Positions 56,401 through 64,000 of a stretch of 64,000 nt of DNA are shown in pieces. A model generated the notes under the pieces. That model made no database searches. It was given only the letters and a program-made list of their open reading frames with translations, and had not been told where the DNA came from. Positions within the stretch are counted from its first letter, which is position 1. Every line of letters begins with the position of its first letter. Source of the stretch: Dictyostelium discoideum (lineage: Eukaryota); NCBI GenBank assembly GCA_000004695.1, contig CM000151.3, positions 2,080,001 through 2,144,000 on the forward strand, given 5' to 3'. The translations under genes were made by a program, and so were the position numbers.

Positions 56401-56401
56401 T
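46877..56401 (-). CDS. Type I iterative highly reducing polyketide synthase, 3174 aa, apparently intronless. Domain order is KS-AT-DH-CMeT-ER-KR-ACP, followed by a C-terminal domain of about 550 aa with no recognisable thioesterase or reductase motifs.
   Basis: KS reads [16 protein letters not shown]...[10 protein letters not shown]...GHLEAASG. AT reads VFVFAGQGSQY...GHSLGEIPAAY. DH reads LKGHIVNGKYYFPGCGY (HxxxGxxxxP). CMeT reads IRILEFGGGVSSLS...LLFIEPP. ER reads LIHSGTGGVGLSALNILKW. KR reads ILVTGQTGIVLEILKW...YVCANN. ACP reads LLDYGADSLLTVQL. There are N-terminal poly-N and internal poly-Q/N tracts. Confidence 0.9.
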
Positions 56402-57293
56402 ATTTTTGTTATTATTATTATTAAATTTATAAATGAGAATATTAGTAAATTAATAATTTTATATGTTTTAAAAAAAAAAAAAATTTTAATAATAAAATAA
56501 AATTAAATTAAATATATATTAATAGTTAATTAATTAATCTTACTTTTAAACCTTTTTAGAAATTTATCGTTTTTCAAATAAAATTTATTTACTAAAAAAA
56601 CTTCATTTTATCTCTTTATATCTGTTGCAGAATATACAAACTCAAATGAATGAAGAAAAAAAAAAAAAATTGAAAAAAAAAATTGTAAAAAAAAAAAAAA
56701 AAAGAATATTAACAAAAACACCAAATCGACACAAAAAAAAAAAAAAAAAAAAATCTCATTTTTATATCATTTTATGTATGTTTGGGTGCTCTTTTTTTCT
56801 TAAAATAAATAAAATTAAATAATTAATAAAAAAAAAATGAATAATAAAATGAAAAAAAAATAAAATAATGGTGCAGATCTAATCTTTTTAAACCACAAAA
56901 TATAGATTTTTTTTTGAAAATTATTTAATTATCTATTGTAAAAAAATTACACTTTAAAATTTCATTTTTTCATTCAAAAAAAAATAACAAGTAAAATGTT
57001 AATTATTAAATAATTAATTATTAATTACCTTAAAAATCACACCGGTTTTTTCACATGCAAAAAAAAAGAAAATGCTAAAAGTAATTTTTTTTTTTTAAAA
57101 TAATAACAAACTCCCAACTTCCGACACTTTTAAAACCCAAAAACATTGGGGAGTTAAAAAAAGAAAAATGATTTGATCTCTTGGAAGTTTTCAAATTTAT
57201 TTTTAAAAGGAAAAAAAAAAAAATAAAAAAAGATTCAGACTTTTTTATACTTCCATTTACGATTGGGTGAACTTAATCCTGGTCCCAATGTTG

Positions 57294-57324
<31 letters not shown>

Positions 57325-57820
57325 TATTAAGACTTGATTTCAAAGAATGAAAAAAAAAAAAAAAAAAACACCAAAATATGTTAACCTAAAAAAAAGATAA
57401 AAAAAAAAGGCAATGAAATGAATTTTTGATTTTTTGAAAGCATCGACTGGAAAAAAAAAAATTATAAAAAAATAAAAAAAATTAGATATTTTATTGTCAG
57501 TTAAAAATCCTTTTTTTTTTTTTTTTTTATTTTTTTTTTTTTTATCTTTTTTTTTATTTTTTTTTTTTCTCACCCCACACAATCACAAAATCAAACCCCC
57601 ACACTCTGACACAAAAATAAAAAAAATAATAATATAAAAATAAAAAATAAAACATTGTTTTTTATTTTTAATTTTTTAACTTTTGTTTTTTTTTTTTTTT
57701 TTTTTTTTTTTATTGGTTCAATTGAAACAATTGTTTCAGCAAATATTATAAGTATTAATATAAAAATAAAACAATAAAAAAACAATTATTTATTTTTATA
57801 AAAAAAAAAAAATTTAAAAG

Positions 57821-60800
57821 ATGGCAACTACCAATGTAGTTGCAAGTTTATTGAACAATGGTGTTCATGGTGCAGGTAAATATTTAAATATTGGGCATTA
57901 AAAAATAAAAAATAAAAAATAAAAAATAAATTTCAAGATCGGAATCTAATTATTGTTTTTTTTTATTAATTTTATTCCAAATAATTTCAAAAACAAATGA
58001 ATTATTAATGATTTTATTATAATAATAATTTTCAAAAAGATGGTCCAAATGGTCTTCATGGTGGTAGTGGAGGATATGGTGGTGGACGTGGTGGTGATGT
58101 AAGTTTTTTTTTTTTTCTCCAAACCATTAATAAAAGATTTTAAAATTATAAATATGTATACTAAATTATATTTTTATTTTTTTTATTTTTTTTTTTTTTT
58201 AAAAAAAAATAAAGGGATCTAGAGGTGCAGATGGTAATCATGGTACACCATCAGGTAGTATTGAAGTTTTTTTGGCAACAGATGGAATTAAAAATATTTT
58301 AGTAGATTATACATTAGGACCAACACCAATTCATCATGAAATTAGAAAAGGAGTTGAACCATTGGAATTAGGTAATCCTCAAACACATCTCTATTTATCA
58401 TCTAGAGGAGGAGATGGTGGTTGCGGTGGTCGTGGTGGTGATGGTGGTAGTGGTGGTCCTGGTAGCGCAGGTATGAATGCCACAAGACATAGTTCAGGTA
58501 CAAATGGTGGACCTGGTGGTAATGGTGGTAGTGGTGGTAATGGTGGTAGTGGTGGATCGTCAGGTAATGGTAATGATATTACAATTAGGAATAATCAAGA
58601 AGATATGGATTTGTTAATGATTTTAAAACAAGGAGTTAGTGATACAGGTCCAGGTATACCTGGAAAGGGTGGTGATAAAGGTCATGGTGGTAGAGGTGGA
58701 CCAGGAGGACCAGGTGGTAACTCTTATAGTTGGAGTGAAAGTTATCAAGTTTCAGATGGTAGAGGTGGTACAACAACTCAATATAGACATCATACAAATC
58801 CAGGTGGTATTAGTAAGTTTAAATTTAAATTCTAACATTAAAAAAGGAAAAAAAAAAAAAAAAAAAAATACTAACGAAAAAAAAAAAAAAAAAAAATAGG
58901 TGGTCCAAGTGGACATAGTGGTAGTAATGGTATTGGTAAGTTTAAATTTAAATTTTATTATTGAAAAAAAAGGAAAAAAAAAAAAAAAAAAATTACTAAT
59001 TTTAAAAAAAAAAAAAAAAAAATACTAGATGGTAATAATGGTATTTCAGGTATACCAGGAAAATATTCAATTTTATTAAATACTCATGAATATGGAGTTG
59101 TTAGATATGAAGCACCATATGATTTACATGTTGAAAAGATAAGATATATAGATACGATTGGATATAATATAATTGAACCAGATTCAGATGTTAGATTAAG
59201 TGTTGATCATTTAAATGTTGGTGGTATGCCAACACCATCACATCAAAATATTATGGCATATGTTGGTGATAATGGTTGGGTTGAATGTCCAATAGAGAAT
59301 AGGGTTGCAATGCAAAGATGGATAGTAGAGAAAACCAAATCAAGTTTACCAAAGGAAATTATATTTCATATTAAAGATTATCGTCATGATATTAGAGTGT
59401 TACCAAGAAATCCATTTATTCAAAGTTCTACAATGGATCATCAATGTTTAGTGGATCGTATCAATCAAAGCTTTGCAAGAGTATCAGCTACCAAATCACC
59501 ATTTACCATTGAATATCCAGTTCAGTCATCGATTATCAAAGGTTTAGACTGTGTCACAATGACAGATGAGGCACCATTTACCTATAGTATTTGGAATAAA
59601 TCATTACTATCGATTGGTGTTGAGTCGAATGAGTTTGATAAAAAATCACCAAATCGTGTTTTATTTACAACTCTTAAAATTAATTTAAATACACGTGGTG
59701 GTAATACATCAATTAACGCAACCGATATTATAGTGAGAGATGTTAATGGTAAAATATTCAATAATCCAGAGAATGGATTATATTCAACCATTGAATTAAT
59801 TAATCCACAACAATTGAAATTTGCATCGGCCACAATGACATTTGTAAATCCTGATATTAAACCATACACTCGTGTTTTGGTTGAGTCTTCACTTTATTTA
59901 GGTCATATTAAAGACATGATCAATTCACCACAACCAATCCAATCTAGACCATTTGAAATTCAATTATCAGAGGGTTACTTATCATCATTATTCAATTGTG
60001 ACATTTTATTAGTGGTTAACAACCAATCGGAATACGATGAAATCACTCAATGGAAGTTATTAGCCCATCAATTAGGTTTAACATTAAATGTTTGGAATTC
60101 TGGTTTATATCAAGGTTTTATGTTAAATCATAGAAAAGCAGATGGTCGTACACTTCTTCAAGATTTTAGATCAAAAACAATCATTTATCTAGATAATAAC
60201 TATGTAAAGGATGAATTGTTATATCCAGCCTCTGAGTATATTAGATCAAAAGAATTTTTAAATGCTGCCTATCATCATGGTATTCATGTTTTAATGGTTG
60301 GTAAAAATTTCTCAATCGAGAATGAAATCTTCCCAATTAATACATTTGAAAGAGCAACTTTGGTTTATTATAAACAACATAAACAATTATTATACGCTTT
60401 AAAACATAGAATTCCTTCTGGCACTGGTTGTGGTCAAATTATACCACCACATATGGCTGTTGATGATAATGGTGATCTATCATTAAATCTATTAGTTGAT
60501 AAAAAGAATGAATATTTCATTGTAATCTTTAGACAATTAACCCTACTTTCAATCTTTAAAAAATCAAATTCACTCTACCCAATTAAAACAATTCATTTAG
60601 ATAGTTTTAATTTAACTTGTTTAACTCAACCACATTCTGAAACTAATGAAATCATTACAATTAATTTAGAATTTCAACATTTAGGTTTTAAAATTAATTT
60701 TTCACCATCAAAAGATAAAAAACTTAAAGAAAATTCAATTTCAAAAATTCAACAATTTTTTGAAATTTTACAACAAATTAAAACTTTATCACCAATTAAT

Positions 60801-63410
60801 AATAATAATAATAATAATAATATAAATATAAATGAAAATAATAATAATAATAATTTAAATGGTTTAAATGTTTCAGGTGGTGGTGAAAGAAAAAGTGTTG
60901 GTCCAATTTCAACAATAATTGAAGATGATAATGATATTTATGGTGGTTATTTGTATGTTAAATTTAAAGCAGAAGGATCATATAAAAAATATTATTTCAA
61001 TTTATTAACAAATGCAAAGGTATTACATCAACGTGAAGAAAAGAGTAAAAAAAAATCTAACAACAACAATGTTGCAATTAAAATATTAAATTTAAAGAGA
61101 TTTTCATTGACAAGAGGTAATCAATTTGGTACAGAGAAACAACATCATTTACAAACTTTCCAATTGGTTACACCAGAGACAACTTGGTACTTTAGAACTA
61201 GTTCAAATGATGAATATCAAGAATGGTTAAGTAGATTATCACCAATGTCAATTGAATATAATCTAACCTATTCTGAGCCATCGTCGGTGGTTAAGGACCA
61301 AATCATTTTAAAGAAAGAGGATGCAAGAGGTATACATTTATCACCAAGAACTCCAATTTTAGAAGAGAAGCATATACCAATCATTCAAGTTGTTGATAGA
61401 TTTGTCATTGGAAAACCAAAGGAAAAAGATTTAATAAAGTATGCAGAGAAATTATCGGAAAAGTTAAATTCACGTTTCCCAAATCAAAGAAATATTGTTG
61501 TCTATGAATTTAAACCAAAACAAACTGACGGCTGGAAGAGAATGACACTTGGTAATGTTGAAGTACATAGATCACTAGATAAAATTCAACCACATTTTGC
61601 AAAACTTAATATTGAACAAGATGTTTATATTCATAGTCCAACAATGATTCAAACACCTTCAACCATTTATCATTTCTTTAAAGTTTTAGATTTTAGAGAG
61701 AAATTATCCCTATTGGATAGTTTAGCAGAAAATTTATATTCAAATGATGAAACTTTGAATTTACTCTCAAATATTTCATCTCAATCTAAATTAGGTTTAT
61801 TACTCTTATCAATTTGTTCAGATCTTGCTGAAGAACAACATTGGTTTAGAGATGGTTCAAATTGGAGAGATAAATTATCAATTGATAAAATTAAATTAAA
61901 TTTATTAAAATTAAATATTTTAAAGAATTTCCAATTCAATTCTTATAATAATAGTAATTCAACAAATGTTACAACTAGATTATCTTTACCAATTTCAGAT
62001 CTTTTAATTGAAATTGGTGCTCACTTAAAGATAATTCTTTCAAATTTCCCTAAAAACTTTGCTGATAAAATTTGTTTACGTCGTAGAGCTAATGATGTTA
62101 CTGATGCTTCAAATTCGCTTTGGAATGATATTGTCATGATTCATCTATTTGGTAAAGAATTAAAAGATGATAAACCTATTGGTAAATCTAATCCAAATGA
62201 ATCTCAACTTTTAAAATCAATTAAAGAAACTGAATTGAAAAAACAAAAAGAATGGCAAAATCATTTATTCACTCAACATGGTTCAACTGGTAGTTGGGGT
62301 TACAATTGTACAAAAGCTGATCCTTCAAAAAATAAAAAAGAGAAACGTTGGATTAAAGGCGCCCATGTTATTTTAGCTTATAGAAAACCACCCTTCACTT
62401 CTGTAACAAGTGTTATCGATTGTGAAATCCTTTTACCAACCATTATGTCAAAGCAATCATTCCTTTCAAACTATGTTCCTCCAGTTCAAGGTAGTGCAAT
62501 CGTTGAAGAAAGAACTATTTTCGGTAATAATCAAGAGGCTCGTCAACAATTTATAAATCGTATTGCAACTGAGAAACTAGGTTTCGATATTAATAATACT
62601 GATAGATCATCACATTTAACAGTTTTAGAAAATTATTCAACAATATTTAATAATAATAATCAATCATTAATTCCAGTTGTTCAATTAGAAAAACCAACTG
62701 ATTCAATGACTCAAATTTTACCAAATTCTTATTCTTCAACCGAACCTCTTTCCTCAACCCCTTCTGATAATATTATTAGTATAGATTTAACAAAGAATTT
62801 CCAATCACCTCCAACTACAACTGAAAAACAATTTATTATTGGTGATGATTCAAATGATAATAATAATCTAATTAATAATTCTTTTGAACCTTCAATGGTA
62901 ATTCCATTATCACATTCAAATAATCAACAACAACAACAACAACAACAAGGAGTTAGTGAACCATCTTCGCCTGTGATCATTGACGGAGCTTCAAAACATC
63001 AATATCAAAATGCTGAAAATAATATTATTAACAACGACACCACTACCACTACCACCATTACAGAAACGACTACATCAACAGTTAAAATTGAGAAATTAGA
63101 GAAAAAAGAAGATTTATCAAACACTTCATCATCATCAACACCATCATCATCAACACCATCATCATCAACAATTTCTTCACCATTATTACAACCAATCATT
63201 ACAGTAAACGAGCAAAATATTGAAATTTCTTTAACAACAGCAACTACAATAACACCAGTAATTGAAGAACCATCACCTTTAACAACACCTTCATCTTTAT
63301 CATTATCAATCTCTTCACCATTTTTACCTGAAGAAAATAATAATAATAATAACATCAGTAATAATACAACAAAAGAAGATGATTTAGTAATTGAAGAACA
63401 CCACAATTAA
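57821..63410 (+). CDS. Large protein of about 1700 aa with Gly-rich GGxGG repeats at the N-terminus, a central PH domain and a Ser/Thr-rich C-terminus. Five exons: 57821..57875, 58040..58098, 58215..58812, 58900..58935 and 59029..63410.
   Basis: MATTNVVASLLNNGVHGA | DGPNGLHGGSGGYGGGRGGD | GSRGADGNHGTPSGSIEVFLATDGIKN...GGDGGCGGRGGDGGSGGPGS...GNGGSGGNGGSGG...NPGGI | SGPSGHSGSNGI | GDGNNGISGIPGKYSILLNTHEYGVVRYEAPYDL..., then ORF 59226..63410. All donors are GTAAAT or GTAAGT, and acceptors are AAAAAG, ATAAAG, AAATAG and ATACTAG with consistent phases. The PH-like segment reads GGYLYVKFKAEGSYKKYYFNLLTNAKVLHQ...QTFQLVTPETTWYFRTSSNDEYQEWLSRL. Confidence 0.7.
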
Positions 63411-64000
63411 ATCTCCTTTTAATTTTTGTAAAAAATAAAAAGAAAAAGAAAAAGAAAAAGAAAAAGAAACAAAAAGAGTAACAAAAAAAAAACCTTTTAA
63501 ATAAACTATTAAAATTGAAAATGTGTAGAAATATTATTTATTAAATTTAAAATTCTTTTTTTTATTTTTAATATTATTAATTTAAAATCTATTTATTTTT
63601 AAAGTTTTTTGGAATAAATTGGTTAAAGGTATCTCCCTAACAAATAGGTAAAAAATTATTTCCATACAACGTAGACCCAACCAACTTAACAGTAGCAAAT
63701 TAAATATTTATATATCAAACTTTATCAAATAAATATATAATTGTTTATTTATTTTATCTGTTTATTAATTAGTAAATAATAAAAATTAAATAAATAAATA
63801 TATATATATATAACAAAATAAATTAAAATAAAATAAATAAAAATAAAAACAAATTTAAACAAATTAAAACAAAATTTTTTTTTTTTTATTTCAAAAAAGA
63901 AAAGATAAATTAATTTATGGACCATTTTTCTTAAAATTTGATAACTTGTAGACTCATACTATTTATAAAAGTGGGGTATGCGCCAACGAAAAAGAGTTAA

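Noticed and set aside
50092-56432. Short ORFs inside the PKS on either strand (50092..50289, 53854..54084, 54328..54537, 55545..55790, 55974..56432, 56050..56235).
   Set aside because: They are embedded in or antisense to a 9.5-kb ORF with full PKS domain order. Their duplicates at 827..1216 and 903..1088 merely reflect the paralogous 5' end.
63005-63406. Minus-strand ORF antisense to the 3' end of the PH-domain gene.
   Set aside because: It is the reverse reading of the Ser/Thr-rich codons (poly-V/L). The sense strand continues a 1460-codon exon.

Overview
This window reads as nuclear genomic DNA from a dictyostelid social amoeba, most likely Dictyostelium discoideum. The evidence is about 78-80% AT content, long poly(A)/poly(T) intergenic tracts, coding poly-N/Q/S tracts built from AAT/CAA/TCA runs, and short (80-230 nt) very AT-rich introns with GTAAGT/GTATGT donors and YAG acceptors. 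No prokaryotic features, rRNA, tRNA or CRISPR arrays were found. It is a gene-dense region with about 25 protein-coding loci. These are: two paralogous type I highly reducing polyketide synthase genes, one cut by the left edge; a very divergent XRN-family exoribonuclease; a RING/TRAF zinc-finger protein; a multi-exon polycystin-2-type TRP channel; a C2H2 zinc-finger protein with a long poly-Ser tract; a Rap/Ras-like GTPase; an orphan 3' fragment of a patatin-like phospholipase; a small C2-domain protein; a small Cys protein; glutathione reductase; proteasome subunit alpha-7; a tandemly triplicated small gene whose third copy is frameshifted; CTF18; MCM6; a second tandem triplicated gene family with decaying copies; an embedded hssA/2C/7E-family gene; snRNP SmD3; an N/S-rich Cys-rich protein; a HelF-like DExH helicase with dsRBDs; and a large PH-domain protein with a Gly-rich, intron-rich 5' end. 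E2F-like TTGGCGC elements lie about 100 bp upstream of both the MCM6 and CTF18 replication genes. The provided ORF track allows non-ATG starts and does not model splicing, so many real exons lacking ATG/TTG/GTG/CTG are absent from it. Exon boundaries below were derived by hand-reading the sequence and may be off by 1-2 nt.
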